A stretch of 64,000 bases of DNA from the human T2T-CHM13v2.0 reference genome, Homo sapiens, in the NCBI RefSeq assembly GCF_009914755.1, contig NC_060944.1. The stretch is one strand, 5' to 3'. Numbering within the stretch: the stretch's first letter is position 1; the number at the start of each line of letters is the position of its first letter. A model generated the notes under the pieces. The model was not told the origin of the DNA, did not search any database, and saw nothing but the letters and a program-made list of their open reading frames with translations. Position numbers and translations under genes: made by a program. Below, one piece after another: positions 1-36,119 of the stretch.

Positions 1-377
1 CCATTCTGAGATGTGCTGGCATTTTTTGTCCATTTGTTTTAAATCTCTGGGGGTATTTGACGATTCTAGGCATGGGCTAAGGATCTGGGCTTAGGCCAGA
101 CAATGGGCTGCTGCTACCGGTGAAAGAGAAGGAAGCAAAGTTCTTAATGGTGACAAAGAGCTAAAGTAACAAAACTGGGGACTTGAGGAGCCTCAAATAT
201 GGCCACTTTTCTTCACAAGGTATTAACTGAATTTCAAGACTATAGGAGGCTATAGGCCACTTCAAACATTTCTGAAAAGCAGAATAAAACTTCATATCTT
301 CACAGTGCTTAGGAAACGAAGTCCCTTTGAGGGAGGGCACCGCAAAACACAACAAGCAAGAGATCAAGGCCTTAGAA

Positions 378-570
378 CAGTGATTCTCTCTGGTATATGT
401 CAGAACCACCTGGAAGGCTTGCTGGAACACAGATGATTGGTTTGCATCTTCAGAGCCTCTGATTCAGAAGGTCTGAGTGAGGCCTATTAATTCGAATTGT
501 TAACATTTTCCCAGGTGATACTGATGATGCAGGCACGTGGGCCGTGGGCCGTACTTTGAGATTCATTACC
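378..570. mobile_element. MER5A-like hAT DNA transposon remnant
   Basis: CAGTGATTCTC start, TCAGAACCACCTGGAAGGCTTG, CCCAGGTGATACTGATGATGC motifs. Confidence 0.6.
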
Positions 571-1019
571 CTAGAAGGGGTGGTGATGAGTCAATACTGT
601 GCTTCAGCTGCACTTCACCTGGGGGCACTAAACCAATCCTGAGCACAATTAGAACCCAGGAATCCAAGTTTGCTCCTGGCGGAGAAGGCTGCCACCAGGC
701 CCAGAGATTTTTGCGTTCATGCAGGGGTGAGAGACACATTTGGAGACTTGTGAGGCCTCAAACATACAGTAAGTCTGCCACTAAGACAGTTGTCAAATTT
801 TTGAAGCTGCATGGGAAGGAGTCTAAAGAGTTAAGCTTAAAACCTCTGGATAAATTTTTTTAAAATTGTGATCCAGGTCTGTCTGAACTAGCTTAGTGCA
901 TGTCTAGATAGAAGTGACCAGTCTATTTCATCCTCCTTATAAAGAAAAGGGGAACTTTCTCTAGTGGAATTATAATTATTTGGAACAGCTACAGTTCTTT
1001 TGTATACAATGTTGAGAAA

Positions 1020-2280
1020 CCACTAAAAGTTACTAGACTTGAAGAGGCAAGACCATATCATTGATACCCAAGATAAAAAGCAGAAAACAGAGGGAGGCCA
1101 CAGATGATCCAGACATTGGAGTTAGCAGACAAGGATTTTTAAAATAACTGTTGCTAATGTGTTAATTAAAATAAAGGAAAAGATGGACAACATAGGTGAA
1201 ATGTTGGGGAATTTCACCACAGAATTAAAGTCTGTGAAAAAAATCAAATGTATATCCTAGAACTAAAAACAATGCAGTATCTGAAATTAAGAACTAAGGC
1301 TGGATGCAGTGGCTCACGCCTGTAATCTTAGCACTTTAGGAGGCTGAGGCAGGTGGATCACTTGAGGTCAGGAGTTCAAGACCAGCCAAGTCGACATGGT
1401 GAAACCCTGTCTCCACTAAAAATATAAAAATTAGCTGAGCGTGGTAATGTGCACCTGCAATCCCAGCTACTCAGGAGGCCGAGGTGTAGGATTCGCTTGA
1501 ACCCAGGAGGCGGAGGTTGCAGTGAGCTGCCTGGGCGACAGAGGGAGACTCCATTAAAAAAAAAAAAGAACTAAATGCATGGATTTAATAATAAATTGGA
1601 GAGACAGAATGATGCAAGATTATTAGTAAACCTGAAGAAAGGTTAATAGGAAAATATCAAAACATAAGCACATAACAGAAAAAGAATGAAAAAACAAACC
1701 AGGTAATAGCGTAGGAATCACATAAAGCACTCTAAAGGCTTTCAAAGCATAGGCCTAGCATAGGTGTAATTAGAATCCAAGGAAAGGAGACAGATAATGG
1801 AAAGAAGAAATATTTTAAGAGATAAAAGGTAAAAGTTTCCCAAAACTATTGAAAAATATCAACCCACAGATTTAATAAGCTCGGCAAACCACAAACCAGG
1901 TTATATGAGGAACATTAGAGACAAAAAGATTTTTCTACAAGCTCCCAGGGATAAAAAATAGATCATACTCAAAGGATCAATAATAAGAGTGCCATTAGAC
2001 TTCTCATTAGCAACAGTATAAACTGTAATAGAGTGGTGGGCTTCCTTCAACATTCTCAGGAGAAACTATTTCATATTTAGAATTCTGTACCCAGCCAAAC
2101 TATCAACCAAGTACAAGGATAGAAAAAGATGCTTTTAAACATACAAGCACTAAAAATATACTTCTTTCACTGTATTCCTGAAAGTCACTGGGGGATGTGC
2201 TCCCTCAAAATGAGAGATAAAACCAAGAAAGAACACTTGAGGTATAGGAAACAGGACATCAAACAAGGAGAAATTAGATG
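1020..2280 (+). mobile_element. Old L1 (L1M) ORF1-region fragment, interrupted by an Alu
   Basis: A-rich degraded L1-like sequence (GACTTCTCATTAGCAACA, AGAATTCTGTACCCAGCCAAACTATC); limits approximate. Confidence 0.65.
1298..1567 (+). mobile_element. Alu with internal deletion in the right arm
   Basis: Alu consensus, poly-A, TSD AAGAACTAA; GCAGTGAGCTGCCTGGGCGAC lacks about 20 nt of consensus. Confidence 0.92.
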
Positions 2281-2307
2281 TTTGGGGCAGAATGGCCAGC
2301 GTCTCAC

Positions 2308-11031
<8,724 letters not shown>

Positions 11032-11539
11032 CGATTTCCTTCTTTAGGATTGGGGATGGAGATGGGAACTCTGGGAGCTGGTGAGGAGGAAGGGGCTGAT
11101 GCCTCTGAATGTCCCCTGAAAAGTGCCAAGTGGAATCTGCCAGGATCAGTGGAGCAGTTGGCATTGTGACCTCACAGAGCAGGTGGGTGGAGGGGCAGGG
11201 GATGGGGCTAGTCTCCAGCTTGGCCCTAGAACCTCCCCCAGAGGAAGCCATTGTGACCCACTTTCCTTTCTTAAGATGGGGAAATTGAGGCATCAAGACA
11301 GGAAGGGCCATGCTGGGGTCTCAGAAGCTGGACAGGGGCGAGAGCTGAAGCTCCAGTAACCCAACCATGCTTTTCCTTGTTTCCTAGATCCCTTCCTGCC
11401 CCAAGCTTCCCAGGCTTTTCACCTTCTTAGGTTGCACCTGAATGCATTTTGTAATGCTGAGCTTCTCACTGGTGGACATTGTGCATAACACAAAATAACA
11501 TTGCATGTGTTGTTGCTTTAATAAAGTTCTACTTTTTGT

Positions 11540-11830
11540 TGGGCCCGGTGGTTGATGCCTGTAATCCTAGTACTTTGAGAGGCAGAAGCGGGTGGATTGC
11601 CTGAGCTCAGGAGTTTGAGACCTGTCTGGGCAACATGGCAAAACCCCTTCTCTACTAAAAATACAAAAAATTGGCTGGGTGTGGTGGTGTGTGCCTGTAA
11701 TCCCAGCTACTCGGGAGGCCGAGGCTTGAGAATTGCTTGACTCGGGAGGCGGCAGAGGTTGCCGTGAGCAGAAATCGCGCCATTGCACCCAGCCTGGGCA
11801 ACAGAGTGAGACTCTATGTCCAAAAATAAA
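11540..11830 (+). mobile_element. Alu
   Basis: Alu consensus; TSD AATAAAGTTCTACTTTT. Confidence 0.92.
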
Positions 11831-12007
11831 GTTCTACTTTTTTACTGGGGAAAATAAAAGCATAACCCAGTGGAAATGTCGGGCTAAGTTTTTTCTGTTC
11901 ACCCTGCCTGTAGGGAGCTTGACTATTTGGATAGCAAAGCTAAAATGAATTCACTTTTGCCCCCTGGTGGCAGTTGCTTAAAATTGCAGGCTAATTACCA
12001 ATGGGAA

Positions 12008-12498
12008 GTGGTACGATGGTCCCTCAAAGAGGCCCACACACTAAAACCTGAACATGTAAATATGTTAAGTCACAAGGCAAAAGGGAGTTAAAACTAGAAG
12101 AGCAATTTAAGTTGCTAATCAGTCGATCTTGAGATGGGAAGAATACCCTAGATTACCCATGTGGGTGCAATGTAATGACAAGGGTCCTTAAAAATGGAAG
12201 AGGGAGGCAGGGAGATGGCAGCACAAGAAGCACTCAGCCCAACATGCTGGCTTTGAAGATGGAGGAAGGGACCAGGAGCCAAGGAATAAGGGCAGCTTCT
12301 AGAAGCTGGAAAAGGCAGGTGGACAATTCCTCTCCTACAGCCTCCAGCAAGGAACACAGCCCTGCCAATACTTCCTTGATTTTAGCCCAGGGAGACCCAT
12401 CTGGGACTTCAGACCTCCAGAATGGTAACATGATAAATTGTGTCTTAAGTCACTAAGTTTGTGATAATACATTATTGCAGCAACAGGACACCAATGCA
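12008..12498 (+). mobile_element. MLT1 (MaLR) solo LTR
   Basis: GCTGGCTTTGAAGATGGAGGAAGGGACCAGGAGCCAAGGAAT, GACTTCAGACCTCCAGAA, TTAAGTCACTAAGTTTGTGATAAT MLT1 hallmarks. Confidence 0.8.
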
Positions 12499-13299
12499 AA
12501 ACCCCTGAGAATATTCAGTGAAGGGGAAACTCTGAAATGCCACCACTACAATTGTTACAAGGGTCTTTCAAATGTATACTCATTCATTTATTCATTCAAC
12601 AAATATTTATGCACCTAGTATGGTCCAGGTGCTGGAAACAGGGCTGAGCAGAACCAGCTCCCATCCCTGCGGATGCAGGCAAAGTGGCTGGCAGAACATT
12701 CTGCATATAGCAGGTGCTCACCAAACGGTGCTTGCCATTGCTGTCAGGAGCCGGTTGAGATCTGGGATGGGCTGGTGAGAATCTCCCTCTTTTATGTCTA
12801 CTGGCTGTCACCCAAATGGCTCTTGTGCTGGAAATATTTAAGAAAAGGAAGTGTCCAGGCCAACAGCAAACACCAAGAGTGGGTTTGGTCAATATTTGCG
12901 CCTCTGTCCACTGAGTCTGCTGTTTGCATCAGCTATGGTGAGGGCGCAGGAGGGGCCGGTCTTGGGCATTGGTGGACAGACCAAGGCCAGGAGCAGGGTG
13001 TCAGGGAGCTCACAGCAGGCTCTTCTCATTCCTCTTTGCGTCTAGAATAGGGGCAAGGGAGCACTGGTTGGGAGGCAGGGCTGGTTCAAGTGAGCTCCAG
13101 CTGCTCAGGGGAGGGCTTGATGGTGTCTGTGGTCAGCTTTGTAGACACTGGTGGAGGCCTAGCACAGGGTGGGCCTGGGAGCTGGGCCTGATATTTGGGC
13201 TGGTGTGGGGTCAGTGGGAGTCAAAGAGTGCCCTGGAGTTGGGGAAAGGCCCCAAGTCATCCTGTGCCAATGAAGAAAAATGGAAAGGCCATCGCCTGC

Positions 13300-13670
13300 T
13301 GTGCACACATATATGCACACACACAAGAACATATATACATGTACCTCCCCATCCCAGGAAACAGTCCACTTGCATACACACATGCACCTAACACCACACA
13401 CTCACAGACCCACAAACACTCAGTAGGCCAAGCCCACACATGCATACATGTACACAAAACTCCCCACCTCTGTGGTCCTGTTGGATTGTGTGAATAGACA
13501 CACAACACCATAAACCAAGATGCCAACGTGCCCATTTCATGTCCACACTCACACATAAGAGCACACATTTTCCCCGTACATGTGACTATGCACACACACT
13601 CACATGCATGTATCAACACAACCCTCATCCACACATGTGCATATGCAAATTCCTTCATGCGCACACACAG
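13300..13670 (+). repeat. CA-rich low-complexity tract
   Basis: Degenerate (CA)n/(CATG)n. Confidence 0.7.
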
Positions 13671-14364
13671 TTCCTTGGGTCCCATCCAGCCAAGGCGGAG
13701 GCTGACGTTTGTAATGTGGAAAGAGACCGTGGACTAATCCATTGTGAGTGGAATGTGCATTTGGAGAGAGGCTGGGATGTTAAGCTGTGGGGACAGGTCA
13801 CGCACACTTTCTCTTCTGTTCCCTTCTGAGTTAGGGCTCAGTTTGTGACTGGGATCAGGGCTCAGCATGTGATCAGGGTCAGAGCTCAGTAACTGGGGTC
13901 AGGACTCAGTGTGTGAATATGTGACAGGGTCAGGGCTCAGTCAATGACTGAGGATGGTGCTCAGGTAGCCTTCTGCCCCTCCTAAAAGGGTCATGTTTCC
14001 GAGAGAGCTTGGAGGTACCAGGCTTGAGGGGTCATTGCAGCCATCCCCTTGCCTATGGGAGGGGGGATGGGGTCCTCATGGGCCCCATCCTCCCAGGCCT
14101 TGGCTGGGCATGATAAGATACCCTCCTAGAAGCAGCTTTCCTTCCAGAGATCTCCTGGCCCTCACTAAGGCCATAGCTGCCTAGCCCCAGGGGCTTGTAG
14201 TGGTTGGGAGCTGGGCCTGGCTACTGGCTACGTGGCAGCCCCAGCGCACATGTGGGATGAGACACTTTGGCAAAGGCCATGTTTGCAGGGAAAACACTTG
14301 CAACCACAAGCAAACTCGCCGCTCCCTGGGTCCCTTCCCAGTGGACTCTGCACATTGGGAGCCT

Positions 14365-14370
14365 TATAAA
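14365..14370 (+). promoter_or_regulatory. BPIFB2: TATA box of BPIFB2
   Basis: CCTTATAAAG about 30 nt before a short ATG-free segment ending in a donor at 14451. Confidence 0.75.
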
Positions 14371-14394
14371 GTAGCCTCTGCATCTGCCTGCCTC

Positions 14395-14451
14395 GGGCAG
14401 AGGAGGGCTACCCTGGGGCTGAGAGTTCACCTGTCTCAGGAACCACCTGAG
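14395..14451 (+). other. BPIFB2: BPIFB2 non-coding exon 1 (start approximate)
   Basis: Follows the TATA box; donor CTGAG|gtaggc; matching acceptor ccccag| at 15231/15232 upstream of the ATG. Confidence 0.7.
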
Positions 14452-15265
14452 GTAGGCATGGGGCTGGGCTGGTACACCACTTCCAAGGAGGCTTGGCTTC
14501 TCTATCTGTTCAGTGGGGATGCTACCTCCAGCCACCCTCTGCAGAAGGGTCCTTCCACCCCTGGCCTTGCTGTAGGACCTGGGCAAGTGCCGCCATCCTG
14601 GGTCTCAGCAGACCCACCTGAGCCGCAGTCCCTCACTCCTGCCTGGCTCCCTCTCCCTGAGTCAGACACAGATCTGCCTATTTGGCCAGACTGAGTCAGG
14701 AGAGGATGGGGGCCATGTGAGAGGCCTACTCTTAGGCCATTTACCACCTGGCCAGGAGGGGATGAGGACAGGAGCCACCCTGGGTCCTCCCCTGGCTGAA
14801 TTTGGTGGACAGCTGGACACCAAGCTGGCTGTCACACGGGGCTGGACTCCGGCATCAGGTGATACAGTCCTGGGCATCTTCTTGGGACAGGAAACTACCC
14901 TCAGTCTCCCCGTTTGGGAGTCTCACCATCCTTCTATGCCATGGCTTGGGTCCTGCACCTGGTCCCAGTCCACTGTGTGGCCCTAGGCAAGACCATTTCT
15001 TCTCTGGGCATTGCGGGTCATTTCCAGAAGGGACTCCCCCATGATTCCTGATGAAGCAAGCAAGGCAAGGTGATGGTTCCCAATGCAGAGATGCAAAAAC
15101 TGATGTCTGTGGGCCTGGGGCAGGGCTGGGATCACCAGTCAGGGCTTGTTCCCTCCAGGCTGGAGTGGGGTTCGGGTGGCTCAGGGGTGGGCTGTTTTGG
15201 CTGAGCTCCCTGATGCTCATTTCTACCCCAGCCCACAGATCCTGTGGGCAGCGGCCAGGGCAGCC

Positions 15266-30074
<14,809 letters not shown>

Positions 30075-30368
30075 GGCAAGACCACTGGGAGGCCTGAGAG
30101 TGGGCCAGCTCGCTGCTCAGGCGAATTTCTCATTTCAAGCCACTGGGGAAACTGAGGCAAAACCATACTTAGTCATCACCAACAAGCTGGACTGCTTAGC
30201 TGGGCTGTTTTATCTTCCCTGAGTGCCTGGGTCTCCCTCCCTCACTTCTGCCCTTTCCCTTCCTCCTCCTCTTCTCCTCCCTCTTCCCTCATCTCCCCCC
30301 TCCTTCCTCTGCCCCACCCCAGCGGGGAGCAGACTGCTCCTCCAGGCTGTATAGACCTGCCCTCTTGC

Positions 30369-30374
30369 ATTAAA
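30369..30374 (+). terminator. BPIFB2: BPIFB2 polyadenylation signal (ATTAAA)
   Basis: ATTAAA about 295 nt after the stop codon; first hexamer signal seen in the 3' UTR. Confidence 0.65.
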
Positions 30375-31707
30375 CAACTTCTCTTGAGCTGCAACTTTCA
30401 GCCAAGCCCAGCAACCTCTTTGCATACCTAAGGCCAGTTCCCTACATGCAGTCTCCAGGTTCTGTCTGTCCCTGGAGCCACCAACGCTGCCTGGGAGAAG
30501 AAGAAGACATAACCACATCTCTGTTGATGACATCTCTGTTGATGACATCCATTGACTGTGTCACCTCTTTGCCTGGGGGAGCTCCTGTTTTGAAAGAGGA
30601 CCCTGGAGAGCCGCATGGATGAGCCTGAAGTTAGAGCACCATGGTGGCACTTTGGGCACAGTGCCCCTTGCCTGGCAGCTTGCCCCGTCTTGTAACTAGA
30701 ACCTCATAGGAGCCCCATGAATCAGGCAGGCAGAGACTGGAGTTCCATTTTATGGATGTGGGGACTAAGGTCCACTGAGGAGGGGAATGCACGGTGCCTC
30801 AGAGCTGGATGGTGACATGACCTTCCTTCAATCCAGACATGAGATGTCTGGTTCCCTCTGCCATTCTCCGGCTCCCAGAGCTGGACCTTGTCCCTGAGTC
30901 ATGAACTTCAGGTGATGGGGAGTTCATTGCTCTTCTAGGCAGCTTCTCCATCTTTGGTTTCTCTGCCTTTGGTTTTACGAGCAAGTTTTTTGTTCTAAGG
31001 AGGCAGCATCTGCTTCCTGGGCCTCTGCCCTTCTGGTCACACTGAACATGTCTAACCCCTTTAGCCTCTGAATGCCCTTCACACCCAGTGAATCACACAG
31101 AACAAGATGACCTAGGGAACACCAAGGGATGTAAATGCTGGCAAGTCAAAGCCATGTGATTTTCTACCCCTGATAAGCTAATCTCTTAGCCAGAGATAGG
31201 ATTCCTTCCTGCCTAGATATATGGGGTTTATGTTCTGTTTATGTTTCCTTTGGGGAGTAAAAGGTGCCTCAATTTTTACCACCAGTAAGCAAAGCCTTTG
31301 GCACGGTGTGACCCTAGCCACTCTTCCTGTGAGGGTTCAGGTTCATTCCTAAAGTTTCCAGCATGAGAGATCGAAGGTACTGGACCAAGCCCAGAGTCTT
31401 GGTGGTGGAGAACAGGTTGGGGGTGGTACTGAGAGAGTGGCAAGGGGCAGGTTGGAAAATCCACCCCCATGATTTTGCTCAGGACAATGTGACTCGTATT
31501 TCATTTGGTTATTTGGTTAATTAATTCACTCATCCTACTTTTATTGAGGGTTAAAATAGGCTGAGCTCTAGAAGTGAGGGAGGGAGACCCAGGCACTCAG
31601 AGTGGTCTGCAGTATGAGAGAGACAAAAAACTTAAGACAGAGCCATAGTCCATAAAGGAAGTTAATAACCTAGGAAAAGATTATGAGCTCAATATGTCAG
31701 TCCAGTG

Positions 31708-32460
31708 ATCCATCTATCTATCCATCCATCCATCTATCCATCCATCCATCCATCCACCCACCCACCAATCAATCTATGTAACCATCCATCCATTTATCGA
31801 TCATCCATCCATCCACCCATGCATCCACCTACTCACTACCCATCAATCCATATAACCATCCATACATTTGTTCATCCATCCATCCATCCACCCACCCATC
31901 AATCCGTATAACCATCCATCCATTTGTCCATCATCCATTCATCCATCCATCTACTCACTACCCATCAATCCATATAACCATTCATCCATTTGTTCATCAT
32001 CCATCCATTCACCCATGCATCCACCTACGCACTACCGATCAATCCATATAACCATCCATCCATTCGTTCATCCATCCATCCATCCACCCACCCATCAATC
32101 CATATAACCATCCATCCATTTGTCGTCCATCATCCATTCATTCATCCATCCATCTACTCACTATCCATCAATCCATATAACTATTCATCCATTTGTTCAT
32201 CATCCATCCATCCATCCATGCATCCACCTACTCACTACTGATCAATCCATATAACCATCCATCCATTTGTTCATCTATCCATTCATCCACCCACCCATCA
32301 ATCCATATAACCATCCATCCATTTGTCCATCATCCATCCATCCATCTACTCACTACCCATCAATTCATATAACCATTCATCCATTTGTTCATCATCCATC
32401 CATCCATCCATCCATCCGTCCGTCCGTCCGTCCATCCATCCATCCGTCTGCCCATTTATT
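31708..32460 (+). repeat. Complex CCAT-derived tandem repeat with higher-order structure
   Basis: Ten ATCAATCCATATAACCAT-like anchors at 74/56/62-73 nt spacing. Confidence 0.9.
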
Positions 32461-32687
32461 CAGTCATTTTTTCCAACCAGCCAGGCTTTGTTTGTACCCA
32501 TGATGTACCTATTTCAATAATATATGTTCTTTTAGGTGAAGGGGGGATGAAAATGCCTCAGTCAAGCTCCTTGCCCAGAAGGAAGATGGTGGTCTGTCCA
32601 AAGAGAGTTGCCCTCATCCTAAGGGACACCCTTTGGTCATTCAGTTAGGTGCCTGCTGGGCTCTGGCTGCTGAGAGGGACAGATGGG

Positions 32688-33505
32688 TGTAGCAGTTTGA
32701 GTCCAGTTAGAAGATAGAAACCACACAGGAGCTCAAACAGGGGAAGTTTAATATGAAGAGTTATTAACTATGATAAAAGAGTCACTGCAAGACATAAGGA
32801 AACTCTATATGGTCCTCTAGGGCTGAGGGAGAGTACCCAAGGAAAGACAAACTCGGAAGGGCTTCAGGCGTTATTGGAGAAGGCATTGCTCAGCCTAGTG
32901 GATAGCACAGATGTTGGCTGGTGTGGCCAGGTTGGAGATGGCCTCAGCTGGCCTAGAGTTGCTAGAGTTGCTGGGCAAACAACAGGAAACTAAGACCTTG
33001 GGATCCAGTGTGCAAGCAGCATGGGGTGACGAAAGAGGGGAGCTCTGGGGTGTGGCTTGCACATGGAGCAGCTCAGGGTGTGGCTTTCTGGACTACAGGC
33101 GACTGGATAGAGGTAACGTGGGGCTACTTATGGAGGAGTCTGGGCACTGGCATGGGCAAGAGGCCTTCAGAGGGGTTGGGCCAGATGGGTGGGGGCATGG
33201 AGAGTAGTTCTGATTTCTGTTTGGAAGGGCTGGCCCCAGGCTGAGGTTGCAAGTTTGCAGAGGGATTGAGTTCTGGACCCATGGCTGGGATAGGCTTCAC
33301 CTGCACACACTCACACAGCCAACTCCAACCCACATTGGAAACTGCAGGAAGCCTCTTCCTCTTGTACTGCCCTCTCCTAAGAAAGGTTGACATCATGCTC
33401 ACTTTAAAGGAGAAATACTTAAGTGAGTCCCATTGCTTATCATGGAACATACACTGAAGGGTGCTTTTGGAGCTGAGAGGCAGTAATAAATTGCTAACTG
33501 ACACA
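32688..33505. mobile_element. Old ERV-type solo LTR (family uncertain)
   Basis: TG...CA termini with near 5-bp TSD (ATGGG / GTGGG); GTCCAGTTAGAAGATAGAAACCACAC end resembles ERVL-type LTRs. Confidence 0.5.
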
Positions 33506-35944
33506 GTGGGGCAGAGGAGAAAAGGACCGTGTTTTCCCAGGTCAGGTGCCTTTGCAAATCTCTCACTTGTCCACTTGCATGGCCACTCTTTGCCCTGAAT
33601 GTCTACCCTGCATATTTCCTCGCTAGGCTCTTTGCCCAACATGGGATGTCTTTACCGGAGCCTGTCTACCCCCACGCAGCAGCTCAGATGCAGTCTCCCC
33701 TGGCCACAGCATGGGGTGACCTACCTGCCTGGTTTCAGTCTCCAAACCCCTCCTCCTCAATCACTGTGTTGCCCTTTGATTGCACACCATGGTTATTGGT
33801 GTCCATGACTTCCTTCCCCACCGCACCTCCCTGACCCTTCCCAGAGCCCAGAGTACAACAAATGCATAATAAATGTGTGGTGAGCGAGCTGTTTGCACAC
33901 ATACATGGTGGAGCTCTGGCCCAGGCTTGCCTCAACCCTAAGCCCTGGGCAGGCCATGTGGAAAGCCCCATCCTCATAGGCAGGTGGGGGCTGCTAGACT
34001 TGGAGTCCCCTGTGTTGGGTCCCCAGAGGGTCAGTGGGGAAGGGAAAAGATGACACTGAGCTTCAGGACTGGCCCAGTCTCTAGCGTCTGAGAGTTAGAG
34101 AGGAAAGGAGGCTAGGGAAGGCTCCCAGGAGGAAGGAGCCTCAGCTCGTCCTGGAAGCATGGCTGAATTTAGAGCTGGGGTAGGGAGGGCATCATAAGGA
34201 GCCAGGCAGGGCGATTCTGGGGCCCGGAGGAAGAGAGGAGCCCTGTTGAGTATGCCTTGGCAGGTGTTGGCCTGGGCTCTGGAGCCCTTGGATCCACATT
34301 CAACCCCTAGCTGTGCCATTCACTTGCTGTATGACCTTGGGCAAATGACTCAACCTCTCTGAGCCTTAGTTTCTCTAGCTATAAAATGGGGAAAATTGCT
34401 GAAGTGCCTGCCTCATAGGGTAGTTCTGAGGATTAAATGGGTAAGTGTAAATAAACACTTAGCGTGATGCCTGGTACAGGGGGAATGCACAGTAAATGGA
34501 TCCTACTGTTATTGTCAGCAGCATAGAGTTCTACCCTCTCATCCATCATAAAGAGGATTAAACAGAAGTGGCCCAGAGAGGTTGAGGGAGCTGCCCAAGG
34601 CCACACAGCTTGTGAGGGAAGTGGCTGGGACTGGTGTTCAGGTCCCTAAACCCATTCAAGGGGCTTCTCCTCTTTCACCCACCCCATGTCCTTTCTGCTC
34701 TCCACCCCAAATATGCTCTGCCCTGGTGGGAGGCAGGGAGAGCCAGGCAACTGCAGTCAAGGTGCACTGGGGTGGATTTGTGGGTGGTGAGAGAGGATGC
34801 AAGGCCTGCCTCTCTGTTGGGGGCAGGTCAGCAGGGATAAGACGATGCTATCTGTGGATCTGGCTCCTGCACCTCAGGGCCTGGATCAGAGTAGAGACTA
34901 TCTGGCCACCCTGGGTCCTGCTCTTGCTCTTTCCAGCCTGGCTTCAGCCGCGGCATGTGACCTCGGGCAGGCCCTCACTCCCCTCTGGCCTCAGTGGCCC
35001 CAGATGCACACGAGCACAGTGGCTTCCTCCATCTTCCTGGACGTGTGGAGTCCGTGTGGGGTGGGAAAGGAAAACCCCAGGCCCCCAGCAGCCTCCCGGG
35101 GACTGTTCCTCAAGCACAAAAGCCCTCAAGGGGCCTCTGAGCCAAGCCTCCCCAAGAAGCTCATGATGGGCAGAACAGAGGCTGGAAACCCCAAGGCCCA
35201 GTCCCAGGTCTGTGGCCGGCTCCCTCTGTGCCTCTGAAGTCACCTCCGCCTTCATTTCTCCCAGATTTGGACCTTGAGAGAAAGCACCCCTCCACCTGGT
35301 ACTGCATGGTAGCATCTTCAGGGGGTCCCTTTGAAGACACCTTACTTGGCCATTAGCTCCTTGTGTCCCCTGTGAATGAACCTTGGGGGACACAAGCCCC
35401 AGTGGGCTTAGCCAGCATCTCCTAAGCCTTGTGCACTTGCTGGCCCCTGCCTGAAACACCTTGCCCCTGTATTGCAGAGCTGGTTTTGCTCACCCCCTGG
35501 CATCAGCTCCAACAACCCTTGCTCACAGGTCTCCAGGTTCTGATGATCACCCTGTTCTTTCATCTCTGTCCCATCTCTCTGGTTTAGTGGCTCTCATCAC
35601 CCTTGCCTCCCTCGAGAACGATAGGCTTTGTGGTTGTTGACCTGCACAGTGCCCGTCTCCCCCTTTGGCCTCCAAGAACTCTCTCAGGGCAGGAATCCCA
35701 ACTGCCTGTTCACTGCACAGGCGTGGCACACAGTAGGTGCTCAATAAATGTTTCTTGAAGAAACAAATGCATGTCCTCTGTGTGCCCAGACTTGTGGGAG
35801 GTGCTGGGTCTAGGAAAAGGGACAGTGTGAGCACTGATGGTCCCTTGGGCAGCCACATCCTGCCCCTGGTACCCGCCCTCATGTGGCCACCAGGATTCCC
35901 AGCCACTCTTGTCTTCCATACTATTTACATTGGAACAGACTGAA

Positions 35945-36054
35945 ACGTCACGTGAGCAATAGGGCTCCTGTTCTTCAAGCCTCTAGATAATTATCTGGGC
36001 CTTATTAAGCCCTTAATTATTCCAAGCCACTAATCAGGCTCCCGAATATAAGGG
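35945..36054 (+). promoter_or_regulatory. BPIFB6: Candidate BPIFB6 core promoter (TATAAGGG at 36047, upstream E-box/CRE-like and TAAT motifs)
   Basis: ATATAAGGGC also present at the BPIFB3 promoter; followed by a strong donor at 36119|36120. Confidence 0.6.
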
Positions 36055-36076
36055 CTTCTTCAGCTCAGGGTCACGA

Positions 36077-36119
36077 GGCAGGGGTCAGTCATCTGCAGAA
36101 CTTCCCTAAGCTCAGCAAG
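36077..36119 (+). other. BPIFB6: Candidate BPIFB6 non-coding exon 1 (start approximate)
   Basis: ATG-free segment ending CAGCAAG|gtaagg; acceptor ggcacag| at 38330/38331, 8 nt before the BPIFB6 ATG. Confidence 0.6.

Noticed and set aside
11032-14364. Bidirectional promoter shared by SUN5 and BPIFB2
   Set aside because: Starts are over 3 kb apart, separated by an Alu and an MLT1, no CpG island, and BPIFB2 has its own TATA box.
31765-32400. CRISPR-like repeat/spacer appearance
   Set aside because: Spacers are themselves CCAT repeats and recur; mammalian context, no cas genes.
34582-35459. Overlapping 146-194 aa ORFs between BPIFB2 and BPIFB6
   Set aside because: No recognisable homology or exon structure; expected by chance in GC-rich DNA; one begins in a MIR-like segment.
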